From an uncultured delta proteobacterium (GTDB taxonomy: Bacteria; Bdellovibrionota; FAC87; UBA2466): a stretch of 64,000 nt of DNA. A model generated the notes under the pieces. It was not told where the DNA came from and ran no database searches. It worked only from the letters and a program-made list of their open reading frames with translations. Position 1 is the stretch's first letter. Each line of letters opens with the position of its first letter. Where the stretch lies: positions 2,624,001-2,688,000 of the forward strand of contig CAVZSV010000004.1 of the NCBI GenBank assembly GCA_963778115.1. Direction: 5' to 3'. A program made the position numbers and the translations under genes. Below, in pieces: positions 20,542 through 28,916 of this stretch.

Positions 20542-21877
20542 TACGTTTTTCAGGGACATCAAAAGTTCAATATTCGTAAGGCTGTTTTGCATTGTGCTTT
20601 TAACCGGCGTCGGTATCAATCTGCTCGTCTTTGTTGCCGTACCGGTATTATTTATGCCACACATGCCGCAAAGCATGGAAAACCTCATGCACCGCGCTTT
20701 CCAATCAACCGCTGACGATATTGCGAAGGATTCAAGTTTTAGAAAAGCCAGTGAACTCGCAGCCGAGCTGGGACAGGGAATTCGCATCGAGGGAGACGGA
20801 TGGCAATGGACCTCGGACAACTCTCTTCCTTCAATCGACGAATTTGCGAAGCACATGCCCTCCACGAAAAGAAATTTTTTGAGCCCGCCACAGCTCCCGC
20901 CTTTTGTACACGTCTATAAGGTAAAGTTCGATCGGGGGCCCGCTAGAATTGCATTTTTTGGGATCCATGGGCCAGATTTTATTGTGAACCTTGGGGCGCT
21001 GGTGGCACTCCTTACTCTGCTCACCATGGTAATTCTGTCGAGTTATATTTTGATACGAAGAATGTTGCGCCCATTAAAGATCCTGACCGAAGGTGTCGAG
21101 ATAATTTCATCTGGAAATTTCGACCATCAAGTTAACTATGGTAGCAAAGATGAATTTGGGCGCCTCGTTATTGCGTTCAATCAAATGACTTTGAAAATAA
21201 AAGGGATGATAGAGGGCAAAAAGCGGCTTCTTTTAGACGTAAGTCACGAACTGAGAACTCCGCTTTCACGGGCTAGAGTAGCTCTTGAATTTATTCCAGA
21301 CCCGAATACTCGCAAAGAGGTGTTGGAAGAAGTAGAAGAAATGTCCCGGCTTGTTCATGGCATTTTGGAAGGGGCTCAGGCTGACAAAGATTTGAATAGC
21401 CTAAAGTTGGAGTCTGTCCTCTTAAGCGACATTATTTTAAGTACCACCGACAAGTACCGTCACGCTGCAAACCCCATTTCTTTTAAATCGCTAGCATTAG
21501 ACTACAGGGTATTTGCCGAGCCTGATCAGGTTCGAATAGTACTTCGAAACCTAATTGAAAATGCCATTAAATATTCTGCTCCGCAGGCAGAAATTGAAAT
21601 CGAATGCTTTCACGAAAAGGATCAAGTCATGGTTCGAGTCTCGGATCACGGACCCGGCATCCCTTCTGATGAATTAGAGAGGATTTTCGAACCGTTCTAC
21701 CGAGTCGATAAGTCGAGGACCCGAGAGACCGGCGGATTTGGGCTCGGTCTTAGTCTCTGCAAGAAAATCATAGAAGCGCACGGAGGCCGAATGTGGGCGC
21801 AATCCGAGGAAGGCCACGGCTCTAAGTTTTATTTTAGTCTCAAGGCAAGTTCCTCCAAAAACGTTACCGCCGCTTAG
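20528..21877 (+). CDS. HAMP sensor histidine kinase
   Basis: Two TMs, HAMP 'DEFGRL', 'VSHELRTPL', 'NLIENAIKY', 'GGFGLGL'; ATG 20528 overlaps the RR end. Confidence 0.92.
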   Translation: MKSPSTFFRDIKSSIFVRLFCIVLLTGVGINLLVFVAVPVLFMPHMPQSMENLMHRAFQSTADDIAKDSSFRKASELAAELGQGIRIEGDGWQWTSDNSLPSIDEFAKHMPSTKRNFLSPPQLPPFVHVYKVKFDRGPARIAFFGIHGPDFIVNLGALVALLTLLTMVILSSYILIRRMLRPLKILTEGVEIISSGNFDHQVNYGSKDEFGRLVIAFNQMTLKIKGMIEGKKRLLLDVSHELRTPLSRARVALEFIPDPNTRKEVLEEVEEMSRLVHGILEGAQADKDLNSLKLESVLLSDIILSTTDKYRHAANPISFKSLALDYRVFAEPDQVRIVLRNLIENAIKYSAPQAEIEIECFHEKDQVMVRVSDHGPGIPSDELERIFEPFYRVDKSRTRETGGFGLGLSLCKKIIEAHGGRMWAQSEEGHGSKFYFSLKASSSKNVTAA

Positions 21878-21991
21878 GCTCCCTGCTCCGGTTCCCCTCT
21901 TCCACCCATTAAGATAACGGCAGTTAGAACTCCAACTCAATTGTGCTATTTAGGCACCCCGCGCTTCGTAACTTCTCGTGTTCGCTTATGA

Positions 21992-22017
21992 TTTACATTC
22001 CGTTACAAATCGAAACT
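21992..22017 (+). promoter_or_regulatory. 10-bp-periodic boxes
   Basis: TTTACA 21992, GTTACA 22002, GAAACT 22012. Confidence 0.5.
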
Positions 22018-22087
22018 GCGCCGAAAGGATCTTTTTAAACCCGGTTGTTAGACTGACCATAGAGAAACAAAAAAACGGGAGAGACAC

Positions 22088-22492
22088 ATGAAAATCCAGC
22101 AACTATTAGCCGTTATTTCCATCGTATTTATTTCCGCAACAGCATTAGCGGAAACACAACAGCCTACAGAACAGCAGCAACAGAGTTTCGCAGCATGTAT
22201 GGCCCAACATGGACAGCGTGTGCCCCAACCACCCACTGGCGGGATGACTCCGCCTCAGCCTCCCCAAGCATTTTTGGACTGCATGACCCAGCAAGGGCAA
22301 ACATTGCCTCAACCACCTCAAGGGGATCCTCAGGACGGTCAGCCGCCTCAGTTGACTTCTGCTCAACAGGCCGCACTCGCCCAATGTAAGCAATATCTCC
22401 CGCAAGGCGGTCCGCAGGGAGGCCCTCAAGGTAATAGTTCCCAGGCCAAGGCGTTTGATATCTGCCGCCAACAGTCTTTAAGCGGACAATAA
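22088..22492 (+). CDS. Secreted Gln/Pro-rich protein with four Cys
   Basis: Signal peptide ending ALA; internal repeat 'FxxCMxQxGQxxPQPP'. Confidence 0.75.
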   Translation: MKIQQLLAVISIVFISATALAETQQPTEQQQQSFAACMAQHGQRVPQPPTGGMTPPQPPQAFLDCMTQQGQTLPQPPQGDPQDGQPPQLTSAQQAALAQCKQYLPQGGPQGGPQGNSSQAKAFDICRQQSLSGQ

Positions 22493-22705
22493 TTCGTAAT
22501 TTCCCAACAACCCACTGCCTTCGATTATTTGAGCGGTCGAGTATTTGAAGGCAGTGGGATAGTCCCCTCAAACTAGCTAGCGCTCTCGGTTCTTTCGAGA
22601 GCATTTTTTGTCAGCGAATGTGTACATTACGAGACTATTCGGTACAACTTTTGAAATTGTACCGTGAAAACCGATCTCCTATTGTTACACTTTTCTTTCT
22701 GTGAT

Positions 22706-22721
22706 CGGCACGGACGTTGCT
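22706..22721 (+). promoter_or_regulatory. Sigma54-type -24/-12 promoter
   Basis: CGGCACGGACGTTGCT: GG-N10-GC, about 25 bp upstream of the ATG at 22746, with GGAGG RBS. Confidence 0.5.
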
Positions 22722-22745
22722 TAAGTTCCCTCCCAGGAGGGAATT

Positions 22746-22988
22746 ATGAAAACTCTTCATATCCTGTTTTTGGTTATAGTTGGACTCTTACTACTGGGCT
22801 GCGGCTCCGGACAAAATTCGGTCGCAACCACCTCGGCCTACCCTGGCTACAACACGACTTCCGGTTATGGTTACGGATATCCCAGCAGCGGTAACGGGAG
22901 TTATGGAAGCTACGGCTATGGTTACCCGTCCGGATATTACTACGGCTATCCGAGTGGATACTATTACGGCTATTCCACCGGGCACTAG
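22746..22988 (+). CDS. Small Gly/Tyr-rich lipoprotein
   Basis: Lipobox 'LLLGC', repeats GYPSGYYY, strong RBS. Confidence 0.7.
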   Translation: MKTLHILFLVIVGLLLLGCGSGQNSVATTSAYPGYNTTSGYGYGYPSSGNGSYGSYGYGYPSGYYYGYPSGYYYGYSTGH

Positions 22989-23147
22989 CGACGTGAAAAG
23001 GTAAACGGTCCTTACGCTTAGATTCCGGGAACCAGCAAACGCATACGGAATTAAAGGTGAGTTCACCGAGCACTAAGCAGGACGCGTAGAAATTTTGTCA
23101 ACTTTTTGTCAAGCACCGGCTGAAAACAACGGTCAAAATCCAGTAAG

Positions 23148-23178
23148 AACCAGACTCGCTCGCCTTACCTAAGTTATT
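23148..23178 (+). repeat. 31-bp att-arm core, family B copy 1
   Basis: AACCAGACTCGCTCGCCTTACCTAAGTTATT, identical at 39587-39617; about 67 bp upstream of a tRNA fragment in both. Confidence 0.9.
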
Positions 23179-23244
23179 GTTTTATTTTGTCCATCCTTGT
23201 AATTTCGAGCACATGTCTCAAAACGCTGATCAGTGCTGCATCGT

Positions 23245-23287
23245 ATTTCTAATCTGGGGGTTGTTGGTTCAATCCCAACTGGGCCCA
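23245..23287 (+). repeat. tRNA-Arg 3' fragment (att core), copy 2
   Basis: 43 bp identical to 8654-8696. Confidence 0.97.
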
Positions 23288-23538
23288 AATAAATTCCAAC
23301 AGTTACCCCCTTCAAGAAACGAAAGATCATACACAAAACACGAATCTGGAACATTTCGTGGAACATCCGTTTCGAAAACTCGAAAAATTATTGAATGGTT
23401 TTCTCGTCGATAAGTGAGATCGAGCACCAGATTATAAGTCTGGGGGTCGTTAGAATCCGTTTCCAAAAGAAATTAGGGAATTACACAAACACCCGAACTA
23501 TCGAGAGTGGAACATTCTTGCGGCTCCATGGTGCGCCA

Positions 23539-24117
23539 TCAAGAGTCTTGCAGAACAGGTGTGATTTGATCGACTAATTCCGTTTTCTCTGCCTTCTTTA
23601 CGAAGCCTGCCTTGAGATATGTCGATAACGCGTTTGGGTGATCTAAGTCGCAGCTATGAAGCCAAAGACGACTTGGAGCTAATTGGTCCCAAGCATAGTT
23701 AATAGTCCAATCTAGAAATCCTCTGCCAAGACCCCGCCCACAATATTCTGGAATCAGCCCGAAGGACAAAATCTCAACCTCATTATTTTTGTCCGAACGG
23801 ACAAACTCGACATACCCTGCCGGATCCCCTGCGTAGTAGAGAACAAATATTTCGGTGCCAGGCTTTTGTATAAGCTGCAGAAGCTGTTCATCGGACATGA
23901 GCTTCCGCGCCGTCCACGTCCACACGCCTCCCACCTGATCATACAGGAAACGGTAAAAGTCCACGCGAGGACGTTCAACCTTCAGAATTAAAGCCTCCTT
24001 TGGCAGGGAAATTGACTTAACTCCGGCCGGGCGTTCCGTCATTTCAAGGTAACTTACCTGTGTGGGAATTTTCCCAATTGACTCGAATCGCAAGAATTTA
24101 GCTCTATTTTGCATCAA
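23539..24117 (-). CDS. GNAT family acetyltransferase
   Basis: 'FGLIPEYCGRGLG', 'LWLHSCDLDHPNALSTYLKAGF'. Confidence 0.88.
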   Translation of the reverse strand: MMQNRAKFLRFESIGKIPTQVSYLEMTERPAGVKSISLPKEALILKVERPRVDFYRFLYDQVGGVWTWTARKLMSDEQLLQLIQKPGTEIFVLYYAGDPAGYVEFVRSDKNNEVEILSFGLIPEYCGRGLGRGFLDWTINYAWDQLAPSRLWLHSCDLDHPNALSTYLKAGFVKKAEKTELVDQITPVLQDS

Positions 24118-24734
24118 TCTACTCTAGCAACGACGCGAACCGGTGCGGCTTCAACACGCAACTTTGCAGGAAGGGCGATCACTTCAAAACGATCGCATCC
24201 CACGAGTTTTTCCAAATTCTCCAAATTTTCTATAATGAGAACTCCTTGCGCCAACAAGATTCTATGGATGGGATAGGGAGCCTGATCCGGACTCGGGGTA
24301 TCAAGTCCAACGGCAGCTACTCTCTTCGAGGTCAGGTCTTTTGCGAGCCCCTCGCTCACCCAAGGAAATGTCGTGAAATAGTCCTCGTGTCGAAACTTCG
24401 AACCGTGTCCCGTCAAAATTAGAACGATGTCCCCTTCTTGCACTTTTTTCTGGTCGAGAATACTTCGATCCACTTCTCCTTTAGCCCCTCTCGCATCCAG
24501 CAAAACTCCCCTACCGATAAACTTCTCTACTGGGACCTGCGAAATAAAAATTCCATTCTTAACCATATGAAGAGGAGCATCCATGTGCGTACCAACGTGC
24601 ATTCCCGTCGAAATCTTATAATCAACGTAACCGTTCGATTCAAAAGAAGCGATTTTCTCGAATACAGGAGATGGGTCTCCGGGATACACCGGCATCTGCT
24701 CACTAAACTCTCGAGTCAGGTCTATTAGCTGCAT
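24114..24734 (-). CDS. Cyclase family (kynurenine formamidase-like) metal hydrolase
   Basis: HxGTHxDxPxH motif 'HVGTHMDAPLH', 'GLDTPSPD', 'IIENL'. Confidence 0.9.
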   Translation of the reverse strand: MQLIDLTREFSEQMPVYPGDPSPVFEKIASFESNGYVDYKISTGMHVGTHMDAPLHMVKNGIFISQVPVEKFIGRGVLLDARGAKGEVDRSILDQKKVQEGDIVLILTGHGSKFRHEDYFTTFPWVSEGLAKDLTSKRVAAVGLDTPSPDQAPYPIHRILLAQGVLIIENLENLEKLVGCDRFEVIALPAKLRVEAAPVRVVARVD

Positions 24735-24994
24735 TTCTAATCCTCTTGTTCATTGCGCCTCGGTCTAGGCCGCTTTCGAAACCCCAATTTGCGTCCGGAA
24801 TCCAAGTGAGCCCAGTAGGATTCGAGCTTATATCATAAAAACCGCATTGGGTTCAGTTACAGGGAGACGGGCATTTTTATTCAATGAATCCAAGGTCTTT
24901 AGGCGCTTATCCTCCGTTGATTAAAAACGTTATTTATGTTATATTTGTTATGTAGGTTATATTGGCATTTGCCGATAGGCTTATAGGAGTCGAA

Positions 24995-25393
24995 ATGGAT
25001 GTTGTCATTACAGCCTGGGCTTTGAATTCCTATTTGGTGCTCAAGCACCAAAATGCATTCACAGATCAGGAGTACAAGAATGTCATCCGCCCGGACGTGC
25101 TTCTTTTGAAGAACTACCAGAATGAAGCCAAATTTAAGAATTCCAAGTTTTGGTCCCAGGCCACGGATCGTTCAGGAAATAGAATTCCGGATGGTTTCAA
25201 GATGAAGTGGCACAATCTCGGAAACGGAAAAGTGCAGCTTAGATTGCCTGTAGGCCTGTTTTCAGAGGCATTGCTTTGCGAAGCCTACATTAAGGGAAAC
25301 GCCAAACTTGAGCAAAGAAAGATTGCACGTTTTAAGACTCACTTAGAGCTGATCCGACGCGGGCAATACACTGAATGTGGGAGACTATCATGA
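24995..25393 (+). CDS. Hypothetical basic protein, putative toxin
   Basis: ATG 24995 after GGAG; stop overlaps the next start (ATGA). Confidence 0.6.
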   Translation: MDVVITAWALNSYLVLKHQNAFTDQEYKNVIRPDVLLLKNYQNEAKFKNSKFWSQATDRSGNRIPDGFKMKWHNLGNGKVQLRLPVGLFSEALLCEAYIKGNAKLEQRKIARFKTHLELIRRGQYTECGRLS

Positions 25394-25881
25394 AAGCATC
25401 GAAACTAGCTGCGGATCGCCGAGTTGAAATCATCGAAATTGGCCATTCGATGAATCAAAGTGGACTTTCCAAAAGCTTCATCGCTTCTGCCGTCGAAACG
25501 GCTTTCGAATTTGAAGGGGTGTACGATCTACTCAAAATGTGGTCTGAGGAAAAGGACCAAAAAGAGAAAGACGAGATAGTCGCCGATATTCAAGACTTGG
25601 TAGATGATTGTGCGCAGAAAGACAAGATCGAAGGAACGTATGTTCGCTTCGATGATCTGGATGCTATCGCAAAGAACATTCGTGGCTTTAAAGACAATTT
25701 GCGCCTTTTGGTAGATAAGCAGGGCGGGATTGGCCACCTTTCTCAAATTACCGGAATTCCCCAACCCTCATTGTCACGTTTTTTTGGCGAAACGTCGATG
25801 CCGAGGAGAACCACGCTCCTAAAGATCGCAAAGGCTCTGAATTTAAGCCAAGTGCAAATTGCCACCGAGTGGGCCCGCTGA
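25390..25881 (+). CDS. XRE-type HTH protein, putative antitoxin
   Basis: C-terminal 'GHLSQITGIPQPSLSRFF...PRRTTLLKIAKALNL'. Confidence 0.8.
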   Translation: MKASKLAADRRVEIIEIGHSMNQSGLSKSFIASAVETAFEFEGVYDLLKMWSEEKDQKEKDEIVADIQDLVDDCAQKDKIEGTYVRFDDLDAIAKNIRGFKDNLRLLVDKQGGIGHLSQITGIPQPSLSRFFGETSMPRRTTLLKIAKALNLSQVQIATEWAR

Positions 25882-25910
25882 TCTGCACTTGAGGCCTTCT
25901 CTCCTGGACG

Positions 25911-26115
25911 AGATCATGCAGCAGATTTTCGTGGAACATTTCATGGAACATCTTATCCAATAATAACTACAAACGATCATGAATTTCCAAAAGGGAAACT
26001 GTGCCGAAAATTGTTATGTTTCAGTGGTTTGTGCGGCAAATCAGTGCCTTAGAAGATCGGGCTGAATGAGATTTCTAATCTGGGGGTTGTTGGTTCAATC
26101 CCAACTGGGCCCAGA
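25911..26115 (+). repeat. 205-bp att end, family A copy 1 (includes tRNA fragment copy 3, 26069-26117)
   Basis: Direct repeat of 33988-34192 with 8 mismatches counted by eye. Confidence 0.95.
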
Positions 26116-26338
26116 CTACGCTCCTCAAACACCTCCGGTGTTTTCGGAGGCTACGTCTTGGCAAGCCAGACTTCTACGACGAAGGCTAAGCGTAGTCTGT
26201 CCCGCCGGAGTCTCGAGGAAAATCTCTTAACCCGTAAGTAGCAACATCGTCGAAAATTTCTAAACTTGTAGAATGCGTGCGAAGGAGAACAACGCGGAAC
26301 AGCTTCCAACTGGTACCCCTGTTGCATTTCCTTCTTGC

Positions 26339-26575
26339 ATGTACGTCTACATCCTTCAAAGTATCCGAAATCCAGACCGCTTTTACGTCGGCCAGGCCGA
26401 AAATTCTACTCAACGCCTCAACGAACACAACGCTGGTCAAGTGCGTTACACCAGTGCTCTCCGTCCCTGGAAACATTCGCTCGTGATCTGGTTTCCTAGC
26501 AAGGATAAGGCGCTACGCTTCGAGCGCTATCTCAAGACTGGCTCGGGCCGAGAATTCTCGCGGCGGCATTTCTAA
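26339..26575 (+). CDS. Small GIY-YIG nuclease
   Basis: 'MYVYILQS...FYVGQ...RLNEHN...RPW...FERYLKTGSGR'; ATG 26339 preferred. Confidence 0.88.
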   Translation: MYVYILQSIRNPDRFYVGQAENSTQRLNEHNAGQVRYTSALRPWKHSLVIWFPSKDKALRFERYLKTGSGREFSRRHF

Positions 26576-26609
26576 CCAAAGTTGACCCGTACTTATTGGG
26601 CCCAGAAGG

Positions 26610-28090
26610 CTAATCATTGATCACATCTTTCTTTAGCGAGCCACCCTTTTTCTAGAGTCAATAGTTCTGTGAGGCCCTTTCCTAGTATTTTCCAACCTGG
26701 CGGGCCATTCTGCTTAAGGTGGCCGCCGAGCCTCGCAACGGCTGAAATTGCTTCTGCGACCGTAGGATTTTCTGGGATGGGAGTTTTTGAGACCGCTCGG
26801 AGAACCGATATTTGAGTCGGGGTTAACACTACTGTCGCCGGGGTGAGTGGCCGTTGCCTGGCTTCCGCTCGCAAGAGCAGCATTCGCCAGGCGATTGGGA
26901 TAAAGATTGCCAAGGCATTGAAAATGGTATCTTTCGATTCGAGTTGCCGTTCTTCAAAGGCACATCCAGTTTTGATCGCCTTAAAATATTCTTCGATAAG
27001 CCATCTGGCTCGATAGATATCGATCACCTTTTCGATATCCGCGGGCGTATTGGTAGACTCGGTAGTGAGTAATTTCCAATCAATCGGCTCTGTTCCCTCC
27101 GGCGGATTGGACTCAAAGACGTGGACAACGTTGAGTGTCACAGTCTTATTTAATCTTGCTCCATGATGGTGACCTCGTATTAGCTCCACCCTTGCCGCTG
27201 TCGCCGATAACATGGCGGTTCGTTGCTGACGAGCGGGGTAGTCTTTTCTGTTTTGAGGTAAGGGACTTTGTGCTCTTGTTCCAACTCGGACTTCTCGTTG
27301 AAGCTTTACCGGAGCGCTCTCGAGTGAGCTGTAAAGGCTCACTCCTTCTTCTAGGTTTTCGTCTGTAACCAAACGATCTCGGCAGACTCGAATCACGCAG
27401 CGACCAGATGAATCTTTTAGTTCAGAAAGTAACTCGAAGAAATCTGCCTCACGGTCCATCACGTGAATAGGTTTCGCTGCGAAGCCCAATCTCGATTCGC
27501 TGGCCACAATTCCTCGCATCCAACGCAGAGACTTTCTCGTCGGATCTTGTCGCGTTTTGGACGGGCTTTGATAGCCTTTCTTCTTCAGCTTAATCATTGG
27601 CTCAACCGCCACAACCCCAAGAGGTCGATGCAAACAAGATCCCACAACTAAGGAAAAATGCCCGTAGAAACCGTCTCCCGCGGAGCGACTACCACTGAGC
27701 AAACCTAGCCCCTTACGTTTGGAAGGAAATTTGAACTCAGTCGTATCGTGGAGAACCAGAACTTCCTTTTCCAGTTTCGCTCGCAAAACCGTCTGCTCAA
27801 AATGGGATGCTAAAATCGACTCCAAATTCACACGGGGATTACGCAGAAAACGGTAACCTCCCTCAATTCCAGCTCCTTCTCCTAAAAGCTTGGGTAAGGT
27901 CTCTTTAGGATCTTGGGCGATACCGTCAGACATGTCCATTAACCTCCGGGTGAGTCGCAGATCGCCAAAATTAGCCCCAGCGAACTCATTCGACATGGAC
28001 GAAAAAAACTTAGGTTCAAGAGTATTACTCATCTAAATGATTGATCAAATTTCACAGAGAAAGGCAAGAAAAGATATGTATGATCCTTAG
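26610..28090 (-). mobile_element. IS4 family (IS50/Tn5-like) insertion sequence, 1481 bp
   Basis: 19-bp ends CTAATCATTGATCACATCT and (reverse complement) CTAAGGATCATACATATCT, 12/19 identical; 9-bp TSD CCCAGAAGG at 26601-26609 and 28091-28099. Confidence 0.93.
26614..28032 (-). CDS. IS4 family (Tn5-like) transposase
   Basis: 'FGDLRLTRR', 'LHDTT', 'VMDREAD', YREK motif 'YRARWLIEEYFKAIKTG', 'ARLGG...PPG'. Confidence 0.95.
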   Translation of the reverse strand: MSNTLEPKFFSSMSNEFAGANFGDLRLTRRLMDMSDGIAQDPKETLPKLLGEGAGIEGGYRFLRNPRVNLESILASHFEQTVLRAKLEKEVLVLHDTTEFKFPSKRKGLGLLSGSRSAGDGFYGHFSLVVGSCLHRPLGVVAVEPMIKLKKKGYQSPSKTRQDPTRKSLRWMRGIVASESRLGFAAKPIHVMDREADFFELLSELKDSSGRCVIRVCRDRLVTDENLEEGVSLYSSLESAPVKLQREVRVGTRAQSPLPQNRKDYPARQQRTAMLSATAARVELIRGHHHGARLNKTVTLNVVHVFESNPPEGTEPIDWKLLTTESTNTPADIEKVIDIYRARWLIEEYFKAIKTGCAFEERQLESKDTIFNALAIFIPIAWRMLLLRAEARQRPLTPATVVLTPTQISVLRAVSKTPIPENPTVAEAISAVARLGGHLKQNGPPGWKILGKGLTELLTLEKGWLAKERCDQ

Positions 28091-28474
28091 CCCAGAAGGA
28101 GAGTGACACCTCTTCTATCAAAGACCTAAAGCCATTGGCGGATAGCCATAAACTCTGGCTTGAAATCGGTATTGGCTCGGCATGCCGAACGGTACGAGTA
28201 GAGATCTACTACTCGGAGAAGCTTAGGCGATGGGTGGCTCGCACAGAGGCTGATTCAGCTCTTTGCGATAACCTCAAGGCCTTGCCTATTTATCGACCAT
28301 TGGTGCGCAACGCTAGCGAAACTACCTACGAGGTGTGCGCAGTAAGATAAACAAAAGCCGGGGGCGGATTCGTTGGATCCGTTCCCGGTGTATGTTGCGA
28401 TGAATCGATCAGTTTGAGGCTACCGAATTGAGCAAATAATTGCCGTGATCCAACCGCTAAGATAAATTTCGGGG

Positions 28475-28906
28475 ATGCTCACGGAAACAGGAATCATTTT
28501 GGGGTTAGCTCTAGGAACCTACACTGGTGAAGGTGTTTGGCATGACAGCGCATCGATTAGCCATAAGTACGCTATCGAGATGCGGATTGAAAAGCTACCA
28601 ACCGGAAACTTTCGCCAATGGTTCAAACATACTTTTTTTGAAGAAGGCAATCAGGTCATTGAACAAACCGTTGATTTTCTCTTTCGGGAAAATGGTATTT
28701 TTGACTTGGCCCTCGTGGGCACCCCGATTAAGGGGCGCGGGTATTGTTCTAAGTCAGCCTGCCATTACTCAATTCCTGTTCCAAATAATCTGGTCGAAGT
28801 AACACAGTTTTTTGCTCCCGATGGTTCCATACGAGGGATTGGGTCGGCCGAGAAGAATGCGCAAGGAAACTATATTTGGTGGGAGGAGCAGCTTTCACGA
28901 AATTGA
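28475..28906 (+). CDS. Hypothetical beta-rich protein
   Basis: 143-aa ORF with plausible composition; no recognised family. Confidence 0.55.
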   Translation: MLTETGIILGLALGTYTGEGVWHDSASISHKYAIEMRIEKLPTGNFRQWFKHTFFEEGNQVIEQTVDFLFRENGIFDLALVGTPIKGRGYCSKSACHYSIPVPNNLVEVTQFFAPDGSIRGIGSAEKNAQGNYIWWEEQLSRN

Positions 28907-28916
28907 AGCCACAGCT

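Larger units (their letters stand above)
8697..23287. mobile_element. tRNA-Arg island segment 1 (about 14.6 kb), no integrase
   Basis: Bounded by the tRNA and a 43-bp direct repeat of its 3' end at 23245-23287. Confidence 0.75.
23288..26113. mobile_element. tRNA-Arg island segment 2 (about 2.8 kb), no integrase
   Basis: Flanked by att cores; TGGAACATTTCRTGGAACATC present near both ends (23347, 25932). Confidence 0.8.

Noticed and set aside
28135..28350. 71-aa ORF as an integrase or excisionase remnant
   Set aside because: No recognisable recombinase or HTH motif; it cannot be supported without a search.
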